A stretch of 64,000 nt of DNA from Microcoleus sp. Its GTDB lineage: Bacteria > Cyanobacteriota > Cyanobacteriia > Cyanobacteriales > Microcoleaceae. Shown piece by piece: positions 1 through 10,145 of the stretch. Each line of letters begins with the position of its first letter. Positions within the stretch are counted from its first letter, which is position 1. Where the stretch lies: assembly GCA_042408215.1 (NCBI GenBank), contig JAYFMW010000007.1, positions 224,001-288,000 on the forward strand, read 5' to 3'. A program made the translations under genes and the position numbers. Under the pieces are notes generated by a model that saw nothing but the letters and a program-made list of their open reading frames with translations, made no database searches and was not told the DNA's origin.

Positions 1-977
1 ATCGCCCAGGTGTGAGTAAATACGACCTTAACAAATATTGTGCGGTATTGGCTAAAGAATTTCCTTTTGCTGACGCACTTAATTCAATGGCTCGACAGTC
101 GGCTGCTGAGCGTTCTTGGAGTGCTATTTCTCGATTTTACGACAATTGCCGGAAAAAGGTTAAAGGTAAAAATGGCTTTCCTAAGTTGAAAAAATTCTCT
201 CGTTTTGTGGAGTATAAAACTTCAGTATAGGAACTATCTAAAACTCTAAAAAATATCATTTTTGCCGATAAAAAAGCTATGAAAAAAATGAATCTAAAGG
301 GAACATACGACCTTAAATACTATGACATAAAGCAAATTAAAAGAGTGCGATTTGTACGTCGTTCCGACGGCTATTATGATCGATTTGCGGTAGATGTAAA
401 GGTGAGAATTGAAACTGAACCTACCCATCAAATAGTTGGTTTGGATCTGGGGTTAAAGTATTTTATTGCTGATGACAAAGGCAATGTTGAACCACCCCCT
501 CAGTTCTCTCCAAAATCTGAACGGCAATTAAATCGCGATCGCCGCCAGAAATCGATCAAATATAGCAGCGATCGCAAGAAAGCAAGACAACCGCAGTCTA
601 ACAACTACCAGAAAGCTATAAATAGATAGGCCCGAAAACATTTAAGAGTAAGTAGGCAACGAAAAGAATATTGCAAGAGATTAGCATATTCCGTCATTCA
701 ATCTAAGGATTTGATAGCCTAGGAAGATTTAAATGTTAAAGGACTGGTAAGAAATCGACATCTAGCTAAATCTATTAGTGATGCTGGCTGGTCAACTTTT
801 CGCGGTTGCTTAGAATATTTTGGGCAAAAATATGGGAAGGTGACGGTAGCAGTACCGCCGCACTATAGGAGTCAAAATTGTTCTAACTGTGGTAATAAAG
901 TGCAAAAATCTCTTTCTGTTAGAACCCATATTTGTCCGCATTGTGGGTTTCCAGCAGACCGGGACGTAAACGCCAGC
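1..977 (+). pseudogene. tnpB: IS200/IS605-family TnpB, 5' part (degraded, begins before the window)
   Basis: Fragments 12-230, 279-629 (RuvC-I GLDLGL), AxEDLNV region, and 840-977 (zinc finger CSNCG..CPHCG, DRDVNAS); in-frame stops at 228, 627, 720, 810; TnpB sequence ends abruptly at 977. Confidence 0.9.
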
Positions 978-1374
978 AGTAGCCCGCACCGGCAACGGGT
1001 ATTTCTACAAGCTAACTGTAACAGACCCAGATGGCGACCTGCTGACTTTTAGATTGACCAAAGCACCAACAGGAATGAAGGTTGACAAGGACAGTTTGAT
1101 TGTCTGGACTCCCGGCGCAGGCGATGTGGGGCAGAAACAGGACGTGTCGGTGTCGGCTAGCGACGGCCAGGGGGGAAGCGACACTCAATCCTGGACTGTT
1201 AATGTCTCTAATTCGGCCGTTAACCGACCTCCAAGTATTACTTCGGTACCGGATACCGTTACTAATTTAGAGCGAGTTTATCGCTACCAGCTAACAGCTA
1301 CCGACCCCGAAGGAGACTATTTACTGTGGAGTTTGGATAATGCTCCCAAGGGTATGGTAATCGATGCTAATTAA
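978..1374 (+). pseudogene. Fragment of putative-Ig/cadherin-like repeats of a giant Rhs protein
   Basis: YKLTVTDPDGDLLTFRLTKAPTGM..WTP..ASDGQGG..NRPPSITS..YQLTATDPEGD repeats; no native start; frame break at ~1371 to the downstream Rhs frame. Confidence 0.75.
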
Positions 1375-1478
1375 GCGTTGTTGCCGATACTTATGCACCT
1401 AAAGTCAATATTATTGCCAGCAAAAATACAGCTAATCTCGGAGATTCGGTCACATTTACCGTCAATGCTGTCGATAAC

Positions 1479-4400
1479 GTGAAAGTAGAATCTTTGGGTT
1501 TGACTATCAACGGCACTCCTGTAGTTTTGGATGCACAAGGTCAAGCAAATGTCAAGGTAAATAATTTAGGAAATTTCACAGCAGTTGCAACAGCTAAAGA
1601 TGCGGCTGGAAATGTGGGGAATGCGACTCAAGCTGTGGCTGCAATTGATACTAGCGATGTCAACGCGCCAACTATCAACATCAGTTTAGAAGATGATGCA
1701 GAAATTACCGCACCTGTCAATATAGTTGGCACAATTAGTGACAGCAATTTAGCTTACTATACATTGGAAGTTGCCCCGGTTGGTGGCGGGCAAATTCCGG
1801 GCGATGGCGGAGGATTTAAGGAGGTTTATCGGGGAACTGCTGCTGTCAGCAACGGAACGGTTGCGACATTTGACCCGACTGTTTTAGCTAACGGCGCTTA
1901 CGTTCTCAAGTTCACTGCTTTCGACGCTAACGGTAACGGTTCGACTACTGAAAGGACGGTGAATGTTTCGGGTGATTTGAAGTTGGGGAATTTCCGGTTG
2001 TCGTTTACTGATTTATCCGTTCCAGTTGCGGGAATTCCGATTAACGTGACTCGAACTTACGATTCTTTGAATGCGAATAATGGCGATGATTTTGGCTACG
2101 GCTGGCGGATGGAATTCCGGGATACTGATTTGAAGACTTCTTTGAAAGCTGATCCGACTTACGAGGAGTTGGGGATAAATACCGTACCGTTTGACAGCAA
2201 GACTAAGGTGTTTATTACGTTACCTGGTGGTAAGCGGGAAACCTTTACTTTTAAGCCGACTCCGCATCATTTGAATCAGTATTTGGGAGGGGCTGGGCCG
2301 GGTGCTCAGATGTTCAAGCCTGCTTTTGAGTCTCAGAAAGGTTCGACGATGACTTTGACGGTTAAGGATGCGAATTTAGTCAGGAATGAGAACGGGTATT
2401 ACGGGGTGAACGCACAGCCTTTCAATCCTGAAAATCCTGCCTTTGGTGGGGTGTACGTGTTGACTACTAAGGAGGGATTGGTTTACGAGATTGATGCGAA
2501 GTCTGGGGATTTGTTGACTGCTACTGATGCGAATGGGAATAAGCTGACTTTCTCGGATGCGGGGATTAAGAGTAGTTCGGGTAAGTCGGTGACTTTTGAG
2601 AGGGATGTTGATGGGAGGATTGTCGGTGTTGTTGACCCGGATGGCAAGAAAGTCAAGTACGAATACGACGCGAAAGGGGATTTGGTTGCTGTTAAGGATA
2701 GGGAGAATAATGCAACTCGGTTTGAGTACGAAGATGAGGACAGACCGCACTTTTTAACTGAGGTAATTGACCCGTTGGGACGCAGTGGAGTCAAGACTGA
2801 CTACGACGATTCTGGTCGCCTCAAGCAGATGGTTGATGCGAATGGGTCGGCGGTGGAATTGGTTTATGACCCTAATAATTCCCTTCAGAAAGTTAAGGAT
2901 GTTTTTGGGAAGGAGACGACTTATGTTTACGACAGTCGGGGGAATGTTTTAACTGAGATTGACCCGTTAGGGAAGAGGGTTGATCGGACTTTTGATGGGG
3001 ATAATAATGTTTGGACTGAGACTGTAATTACCACTGAATTAAATGCTGCTGGCAATCCGGTTGAAATGCGGCAAACAACTGAATGGACTTACGACAGTCG
3101 GGGGAATAAGTTAACTGAAAAAGACCCGTTAGGTAATGTTTCGCGGTGGACTTATAACAGTCGGGGACAGGTTTTGACTGAAACCGACGCCCTGGGGAAT
3201 ACTGCGACTTACACCTATTCTCCGAGTGGGAATTTGCTGTCAACAAAAGATGCTGCGGGGAAAATTACCCAGCACAGTTATGATGCAAGGGGTCTGCGCC
3301 GTTCCACAACAGATGCTAACAACAAAATTACCCGCTATGAATACGACAATTCCGGCAATTTGATTCGCCAAACAGATGCAGAAGGCAACGACACTACTTA
3401 CACCTACAACAATTTAGGCAAGCGGTTGACCGAAACGAGAAAAGTAACTACTCCTTACGGGTTAGAAGAGTTAGTTACCGAGTGGAAATACGATGCAGAA
3501 GGACGGGTAGAATCCGTCATTGACGCCGAGGGTTATCTCACTAAATACGAATACGATGCTAACGACAACCGCACGGCTGTTGTTGATGGCTCGCGACGCC
3601 GGACTGAGTACGTTTACAATGAAAAGGGACAGTTGGAAGATATTATTTATCCTGAGAAAAATCCCAACGATCCTACCAAAAACCTGAAACTTAACAACAC
3701 TTACGACGCAGCAGGTCGCTTGGTAACTAGAACTGATGAATTGGGTCGCGTTACTCAATACAAATATGATGACGCGGGTCGCTTAACCGAAACAATTTAC
3801 CCCGATAAAACTCCTGCAAATGAGTTAGATAACCCCAGAACCAAAGTCGAGTATTACAAAAATGGCAATGTCAAAGCTGAAATTGACGAGCGGGGAAATC
3901 GCACCGAATACCGCTACAATGCTAACAACGAACTTGTCGAAATTATCTACCCAGACGGCACGCCCGATACTCTTGCATACAATCCGAAAACTGTTTACCA
4001 ATACGACGCAGCAGGCCGCCGGATTAGCGAAACAAATGCTCGCAACCGTACCACTACTTTTGTTTACGATGAATTAGATCGACTCACAGAAACTCGGTTC
4101 CCGGACAATACTAAAACAACCGCAACTTACGATGCTTTGGGACGGCGCGTTAGTTCCACTGACCGCAACGGTAAAGTAACAAAATACGAGTACAATGCAG
4201 CAGGTAAATTGACTGCTGTCGTCCAAAATTTGAATCAACCGGGTGTTGGATTAATTGAACTCAGGACTGAGTACAGTTATGATGAAGCAGGTCGGTTGAC
4301 TGGCGTTAAAGATGCCAATACTCGCGTTACTGAATACGATTACGATTTGGTAGGTCGTCCCTTAGCTACAATTTTACCCGATGAAAAATGGTCAGAAACT

Positions 4401-6446
4401 TATTACGATGGGGCTGGGAATGTTATCGGGTTAACGGATTTTAACGGCAACAGCGTTTTTTACGATTACGATGCGGGTGCTGCCCCTTCTGTTGGCAGTC
4501 AAAATCCTGTCAGGTACGCTTATACTCCAACTGGAAAGATTGCCAGCATTGTTGACAGTCGGGGTACGACCAGTTACAAGTATGATGAGCGAGATAGATT
4601 GATTTCTCGGACTGACCCGGATGGGCCTTACACGGCAAACAATGTGACCATTGAGTACGGGTATGATGCTGCGGGAAATATCACTTCGGTTGCTGTTCCG
4701 AACGGTACTACTGGTTACACTTACGATGAAAGAAATCGTTTGAAAACGGTGACTGACCCGGATGGTGGGGTGACGGCTTATTCCTACGATGCGGTTGGCA
4801 ATTTGTCAAGAACTGAATTCCCGAATGACGTGATTGAAACTCGCACTTACGATGATTTGAATCAGCTTAAGTTGCTGGAGTACAGCCGCCAGGGAACGGT
4901 GTTTTCTAAGTTCGATTACACCTTGGATGCTGCGGGGAACCGCCGCGCTGTTACTGAGTTGAACGGGCGCAAGGTTGAGTACGAGTATGACGATTTATAT
5001 CGGGTGACGAAGGAGACGATTACGGATGCTGTTGCGGGAAATCGGACGGTTAGTTACACCTATGATAAGGTTGGCAATCGCCTGAGTCGAAATGATTCTG
5101 TTGAGGGAGTTACGACTTATGTTTATGATAGCAACGACCGCCTGAAAACGGAGGAGTTGAAGCAGAATAATGCGGTCGTGCGTTCTTACGAGTACGGCTA
5201 CGATGATAATGGAAATACTCGGACTCGGACTCAGAAGGATGCTGCTGGTAATGTTGTTGAAACCGTAACTTACAGTTGGAATAAAGAGAATCGTTTGGTT
5301 GGAGTGCAAAGCTCTAATGGGGATACAGTTGCTTACAGTTACGATGCGGATGGAGTTCGGGTCAGCAAGACTGTGAATGGGGTAACGACTGAGTATTTGG
5401 TGGATAGCAATCGGGATTATGCTCAGGTTTTGGAGGAGCGTATTAATGACTCTTTGGGTGTGAGTTATGTTTACGGACGGGATTTGATTTCGCAGGAACG
5501 GGGGGTTGCTGATTCGTACTATTTGGTTGATGGTTTGGGCAGTACGAGGGGTTTGATGAATGGTGTTGGTGGGGTGACTGATGTTTACAATTATGATGCT
5601 TTTGGGAATTTAATTGGGAGGACGGGGAGTGCGGTTAATGGTTATTTGTATGCGGGGGAACAGTATGACTCGAATTTGGGGGGTTATTATTTAAGGCAGC
5701 GGTATTACGATCAGTATCGGGGTCGGTTTGCGTCTCAAGATCCGTTTGAGGGGTGGATGAGCGAGCCGATGAGCTTGCACAATTATTTGTATGCTCATGG
5801 GAATCCGGTTAATGCGATCGATCCTAGCGGTCTTTTTGCTACTACGGCTGACTACCTCAATCTTATATTCGCTGCTGGCGCTCTTGCTGCGATCGGCCAG
5901 GTCACGCTGAATACTGTTTTTACGTTCAGGGAAGGAACGCCGAACGAATTTCCGCCCGCACCGCCTCCTTTCCCGCTACCGCGCCCGTCGGAACCCGAAA
6001 TTTTGATTAACAAGCCGCCGGAGGATGGGTTTCCTCCGTCTCCGGAGCCTTTCCCGGTGCCGCAGCCTGAGAAACCGGAGCCTTTGATTACGCGGGTGCC
6101 GCTGTTGGGGCTTAAGGAGTATTTGGATAATTATGTTTTCTCTGCCATCTGTAACTTCTCTCCTAGAAAATTACAACATGAGTATAAACACGCGCCAGAT
6201 TTTGGAATTACTGGGAACTGGAATAGTACCAATCGCGCTCTCTTCATCAAAGCCTTGGAGGATCATATCCAAAATGCTCCCGTTCAAATACCAGGAACTT
6301 ATCGCGGTACGATACCAGTTACTCACTACTACGATCCAAACACTGAAAATTGGGTAGCTGTCGATCTAAACAACGATTTTGTCGCTGCTTGGAAACTATC
6401 AAACGCACAACGGGATAATTTATTAAATGGAGGAAATGTACAATGA
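1479..6446 (+). CDS. Rhs/YD-repeat polymorphic toxin (5'-truncated) with C-terminal colicin D-like tRNase domain
   Basis: Many YD repeats, Rhs core (YLYAGEQYD..YYLRQRYYD..GRF..DP..NYLYAHGNPVNAIDPSG), Pro-rich linker, C-terminus KLQHEYKHAPDFGITGNWN..GTYRG..HYYDPNT..AAWKLS resembling the colicin D catalytic domain; frame is open back to ~1371. Confidence 0.88.
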   Translation: MKVESLGLTINGTPVVLDAQGQANVKVNNLGNFTAVATAKDAAGNVGNATQAVAAIDTSDVNAPTINISLEDDAEITAPVNIVGTISDSNLAYYTLEVAPVGGGQIPGDGGGFKEVYRGTAAVSNGTVATFDPTVLANGAYVLKFTAFDANGNGSTTERTVNVSGDLKLGNFRLSFTDLSVPVAGIPINVTRTYDSLNANNGDDFGYGWRMEFRDTDLKTSLKADPTYEELGINTVPFDSKTKVFITLPGGKRETFTFKPTPHHLNQYLGGAGPGAQMFKPAFESQKGSTMTLTVKDANLVRNENGYYGVNAQPFNPENPAFGGVYVLTTKEGLVYEIDAKSGDLLTATDANGNKLTFSDAGIKSSSGKSVTFERDVDGRIVGVVDPDGKKVKYEYDAKGDLVAVKDRENNATRFEYEDEDRPHFLTEVIDPLGRSGVKTDYDDSGRLKQMVDANGSAVELVYDPNNSLQKVKDVFGKETTYVYDSRGNVLTEIDPLGKRVDRTFDGDNNVWTETVITTELNAAGNPVEMRQTTEWTYDSRGNKLTEKDPLGNVSRWTYNSRGQVLTETDALGNTATYTYSPSGNLLSTKDAAGKITQHSYDARGLRRSTTDANNKITRYEYDNSGNLIRQTDAEGNDTTYTYNNLGKRLTETRKVTTPYGLEELVTEWKYDAEGRVESVIDAEGYLTKYEYDANDNRTAVVDGSRRRTEYVYNEKGQLEDIIYPEKNPNDPTKNLKLNNTYDAAGRLVTRTDELGRVTQYKYDDAGRLTETIYPDKTPANELDNPRTKVEYYKNGNVKAEIDERGNRTEYRYNANNELVEIIYPDGTPDTLAYNPKTVYQYDAAGRRISETNARNRTTTFVYDELDRLTETRFPDNTKTTATYDALGRRVSSTDRNGKVTKYEYNAAGKLTAVVQNLNQPGVGLIELRTEYSYDEAGRLTGVKDANTRVTEYDYDLVGRPLATILPDEKWSETYYDGAGNVIGLTDFNGNSVFYDYDAGAAPSVGSQNPVRYAYTPTGKIASIVDSRGTTSYKYDERDRLISRTDPDGPYTANNVTIEYGYDAAGNITSVAVPNGTTGYTYDERNRLKTVTDPDGGVTAYSYDAVGNLSRTEFPNDVIETRTYDDLNQLKLLEYSRQGTVFSKFDYTLDAAGNRRAVTELNGRKVEYEYDDLYRVTKETITDAVAGNRTVSYTYDKVGNRLSRNDSVEGVTTYVYDSNDRLKTEELKQNNAVVRSYEYGYDDNGNTRTRTQKDAAGNVVETVTYSWNKENRLVGVQSSNGDTVAYSYDADGVRVSKTVNGVTTEYLVDSNRDYAQVLEERINDSLGVSYVYGRDLISQERGVADSYYLVDGLGSTRGLMNGVGGVTDVYNYDAFGNLIGRTGSAVNGYLYAGEQYDSNLGGYYLRQRYYDQYRGRFASQDPFEGWMSEPMSLHNYLYAHGNPVNAIDPSGLFATTADYLNLIFAAGALAAIGQVTLNTVFTFREGTPNEFPPAPPPFPLPRPSEPEILINKPPEDGFPPSPEPFPVPQPEKPEPLITRVPLLGLKEYLDNYVFSAICNFSPRKLQHEYKHAPDFGITGNWNSTNRALFIKALEDHIQNAPVQIPGTYRGTIPVTHYYDPNTENWVAVDLNNDFVAAWKLSNAQRDNLLNGGNVQ

Positions 6447-6850
6447 AGTTTGACATTACTAAATTTGAGTCGAAATTTGAAACTATCGTTCAACAATTTT
6501 TGGGAGGTGAAATGTCAGCAGAACAGTTTTCTTCTGATTTTACGACTCTCTGGATGAGTTTTAGGGATGAGCAATATAAAATCAAAGATACTTGGGATAA
6601 ACGCTACGATCTTGAACTTCTTGAGCATTTACAAAAAGGTGAACTAACAAGCGAAGAATTTACACAAAAATCTAGAGAACTTATGGGAACTACCGAGATT
6701 TTTGAGTTCATTAATATGGTAGACGCTATTCACAGTGCTTGCCATGTATTCAATCCTTTCCCTGGGCCTATATTTGAAGGGGAAATCACTGAAGAACAAT
6801 TAAGAGCAGAAGTTCAAGCACTTATTACCAACTATCAGAGTAAAAAATAA
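6443..6850 (+). CDS. Cognate immunity protein, colicin D immunity-like
   Basis: ATGA overlap with toxin stop; FLGGEMSAEQFSSDFTTLW..RD and FNP..EITEEQLRAEV motifs. Confidence 0.75.
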   Translation: MKFDITKFESKFETIVQQFLGGEMSAEQFSSDFTTLWMSFRDEQYKIKDTWDKRYDLELLEHLQKGELTSEEFTQKSRELMGTTEIFEFINMVDAIHSACHVFNPFPGPIFEGEITEEQLRAEVQALITNYQSKK

Positions 6851-6924
6851 TAGTTATAACGATTGATTTCCACTCGGGCGGCCGCCTGCGGGCTACTATT
6901 GACCAGACGAGCACGCAACTCACT

Positions 6925-8189
6925 ACAATTACGATGATGCGGATGGAATACGGGTCAGCAAGACTGTGAATGGGGTAACGACTGAGTATTTGGTGGATAG
7001 CAATCGGGATTATGCTCAGGTTTTGGAGGAGCGTATTAATGACTCTTTGGGTGTGAGTTATGTTTACGGACGGGATTTGATTTCGCAGGAACGGGGGGAT
7101 GCTGATTCGTTCTATTTGGTTGATGGTTTGGGCAGTACGAGGGGTTTGACGAATGCGTCGGGGGGGGTTACGGATGTTTACAATTACGATGCTTTTGGGA
7201 ATTTAATCGGGCGGACGGGAAGCACAGTTAATGGTTATTTGTATGCGGGGGAACAGTATGACTCGAATTTGGGGGGTTATTATTTAAGGAAGCGCTTTTA
7301 TGATGAGTATCGGGGTCGGTTTACTGCTCAAGACCCGTTTGAGGGTTTGATGAGCGATCCGATGAGTTTGCACAATTATTTGTATGCTCATGGGAATCCG
7401 GTTAATGCGATCGATCCTAGTGGTCTTTCTACTCTTTCGATGGATAGCCTACTCAGTCTTATCGCAACTGCTGGCGCTCTGGCTGCGATCGCCCAGCCCG
7501 CGATGAATATTGTGTTCGGGTTCGTTAAGGAGGGAACGCCGAACGAATTCCCGCCCGCACCGCCTCCTTTTCCAGTGCCTCGCCCGTCGGAACCGGAGAT
7601 TTTGATTAACAAGCCGCCTGCGGATGGGTTTCCTCCATCTCCTGAACCTTTCCCGGTGCCGAATCCTGAGAAACCGGATCCTTTGATTACGCGGGTTCCT
7701 CTGTTGGGGCTTAAGGAGTATTTGGATAATTATGTTTTTGGCTCTGAAGTTACTCAAGAGCATCTTAATCAAATTAGACAGATTGTCAATAAATACAAAA
7801 ATTTTGAGTGTGTAGAATGCGCCAATGAAATTAAAACGTACCTGAAAAGCCAAAAAATTAAGGGAAGGCATATTAGACTTGATACAGGAAATGTCAATGA
7901 GAACATCTATGATGACAATGTTGTTCTAGAACATGGAGAAGCAATTTCACTTAATGGTAAGCACGAAGCTATTTTAATCGAAATCGACTTGGAATTAGCG
8001 ATGGCTAACGGTGTTATTGGCATAGAGAATGCAACAGTTAATCAAGCTGGCAAAGTTAAAGTCGTTTTTGATAATCATCGCCCTAATGGAATGATTCAAG
8101 AATCATGGTTAAATGGACTACAGTTTCGTGGTAAACTATTTGGGAACCCACCCCAACAGTTTTCTCAAAAGGGAAGCAGAAATTTTTAG
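6925..8189 (+). CDS. Orphan Rhs module with papain-fold toxin (Tox-PL-2-like) C-terminus
   Basis: ~6925-7425 is near-identical to Rhs core 5335-5835; no native start (ORF track start 6966); C-terminus FECVECA..GKHEAI..VFDN suggests a Cys/His/Asp triad. Confidence 0.8.
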
Positions 8190-8212
8190 TCGGAAAGAAA
8201 AAGGAGAATAAA

Positions 8213-8512
8213 ATGGAATTTCTTTACGATTTTTTAAAAGAGATTAAAAAGAGACCGGGAATGTTTTTGCGAAGAAAATCCATTTTATATTTGCATTCAT
8301 TTTTGACAGGCTATGACATGGCTCGCTTCCACATGGGATTGTCAAAAACTAAACAAGAACAGAAATTTAATGATTTTGCAGAGTGGATACCAATTAAGTT
8401 TAATGACAATTCTACTCGCTCTTGGGCTGACATAATTCTTTTAAATTCAGAAGATGAAAGCCAAGCTTTCGATCGTTTTTTTGAACTACTTGAAGAATTC
8501 AAAAATTTGTAA
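8213..8512 (+). CDS. Putative immunity protein of the papain-fold toxin
   Basis: 99 aa, AGGAG RBS, directly after the toxin; IKKRPGMFL..FLTGY..W..SWADII..AFDRFFELLEEF. Confidence 0.7.
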   Translation: MEFLYDFLKEIKKRPGMFLRRKSILYLHSFLTGYDMARFHMGLSKTKQEQKFNDFAEWIPIKFNDNSTRSWADIILLNSEDESQAFDRFFELLEEFKNL

Positions 8513-8529
8513 TCAAAATAACAATTAGA

Positions 8530-8632
8530 ATATATCATACTAAACCAGAAGCTAATAATCGTTTCGCAAGCTTTTAAGGATTGCGTTGAAAATAATGGTT
8601 TAGAGGGTCGGAAATTCAAACAAGTTACTTGA
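8530..8632 (+). pseudogene. C-terminal remnant of an Imm11/DUF1629-like immunity gene
   Basis: IIVSQAFKDCVENNGLEGRKFKQVT* resembles the typical C-terminus of that family; no start. Confidence 0.4.
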
Positions 8633-8664
8633 GTCGTGCCTGATTTCCACTCGGGCTACCACTA

Positions 8665-9306
8665 ATGGATGGTGAAACAATGCAGCTAAACTTTTTTGAT
8701 TTTATTTTTTTAGAAAAAGAACTGGAATTCCTACCTTCTTTTCATAGACTCGCCTTTGCGGCTTCTATTTGCGAGAGGTTACTTCCCAACTACAACGCCT
8801 TCTCGAAAATCGAAAATTTTGGTAATTTTCGTGTCCTGAGACAAACACTGGATGAAATTTGGCAATTTTTACAAAACAATTCAGTAGATAGAACCAGAGT
8901 TCCTCAATTAATATATGATTGCGACAGCGATCTAATAATTCCCCACGCAGATGACTTTGGTGCTGGATATGCTTTAGAAGCGCAGGAAGCAGCTTTTGCA
9001 TTGTGCAATACTCTCGAAGCTTGTCTTAATCCAACACCGGAAGCTATTCTAAAAGTAGCTGATCGCGCTAAAAATACGATTGATGCATTTATCAATTTCG
9101 ATGAAACTTTCAGCCTACTGCAATCGCAAGATATGACAAAATATAAGCAGGCAATTGCTAGCCACCCCCTTGCAAGTCGAGAAATGGCAAAACAAACAGA
9201 GGATTTACAACGATTAAAAGGGACAGATATTTTAGATGAAGATTTTTTGGAGTGGCTTCGGACCTCTTCAAATAATAATGGAGTAAGTTTGATAGGCTTG
9301 TCCTAA
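8665..9306 (+). CDS. DUF416/YjaG-family protein (putative immunity)
   Basis: LAFAASICERLLPNY..F..LRQTLDEIW..HPL..E..Q..DL motif pattern. Confidence 0.75.
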   Translation: MDGETMQLNFFDFIFLEKELEFLPSFHRLAFAASICERLLPNYNAFSKIENFGNFRVLRQTLDEIWQFLQNNSVDRTRVPQLIYDCDSDLIIPHADDFGAGYALEAQEAAFALCNTLEACLNPTPEAILKVADRAKNTIDAFINFDETFSLLQSQDMTKYKQAIASHPLASREMAKQTEDLQRLKGTDILDEDFLEWLRTSSNNNGVSLIGLS

Positions 9307-9332
9307 GTTATATTAAACTCTATTTAACAGCG

Positions 9333-9983
9333 ATGTCTCAGTCTGTAGTAATGACTCCACAATTTTTTAACTTGGATTCTTTGAAACAAGAAATCAAACA
9401 ACTGTCCCATCTTCACCAAGTAGCTTTTGCCGCTTCTATTTGTGAAAGAATGCTGCCAATGTACGAGAAATTTTCTCGAAGGGCGAATTGGGGGCAGCCC
9501 TCTTTACTAAGAGAAGTGCTGGATGAAGTTTGGCTGATTCTACAAGAGAAATCAATCGCTCCGTCAAAAATTCGTAAATTAATGGAAAAAATTGACGGTG
9601 AAGGTATTTGCCCGGACTCGGATTCAGACGATTTTTGTGATGCTTATTACCTTTTTGAAGCTCAATTCACTATTTTGGCACTCTACTCTACTCTGACAAC
9701 CCTACTAACATCAGAATCTAAACATATTATTGAAGTTGTCGAAAATGCTAGATTTGACACTATTGAGGGATTTATTAGTCAAAGAGACAAGCTATACGAA
9801 GTAAAAAACTATCAAGATATGTTGGAACCAATTGCCAACGATCCGCTAGCAAAGCAGGAACTTGCCAAGGAAATGGAAGACTTACAAAATCTAAAAAAGG
9901 TCGATAAATTGTCAGTCGAATTTTTAGAAAAGCTTCGCACCTCCTCTTGCAATAAAGGTAAAAGCTTAATTGACTTGTTATGA
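9333..9983 (+). CDS. DUF416/YjaG-family protein, tandem paralog
   Basis: VAFAASICERMLPMY..LREVLDEVW..DPL..EL..DL; colinear with 8665-9306. Confidence 0.75.
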   Translation: MSQSVVMTPQFFNLDSLKQEIKQLSHLHQVAFAASICERMLPMYEKFSRRANWGQPSLLREVLDEVWLILQEKSIAPSKIRKLMEKIDGEGICPDSDSDDFCDAYYLFEAQFTILALYSTLTTLLTSESKHIIEVVENARFDTIEGFISQRDKLYEVKNYQDMLEPIANDPLAKQELAKEMEDLQNLKKVDKLSVEFLEKLRTSSCNKGKSLIDLL

Positions 9984-10145
9984 GACAGACAACGATCCTA
10001 TCGAATCATTTGGGCAAACATTGGATAGATGAAAAAAATGCTCTTGACAATTTTTTTGAATTGTACGAACTGTTTAAACGAGACTTCCTAGAGTGGCTCC
10101 GCACCTTTTTTGACGACGGTGGTAGAATTTTAATCGATATCTATC

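Noticed and set aside
978..982. AGTAG at 978-982 and 13496-13500 as a target-site duplication
   Set aside because: Both copies must be removed to restore the tnpB frame, so they belong to the insert rather than the target
4465..4500. Irregular YD repeat (YDAGAAPSVGS) as an internal deletion in the Rhs gene
   Set aside because: The frame is preserved and it cannot be distinguished from natural variation without an alignment
5335..7425. Rhs core duplication as a diversity-generating retroelement TR/VR pair
   Set aside because: No reverse transcriptase in the window, differences are not adenine-specific, and orphan Rhs modules explain it
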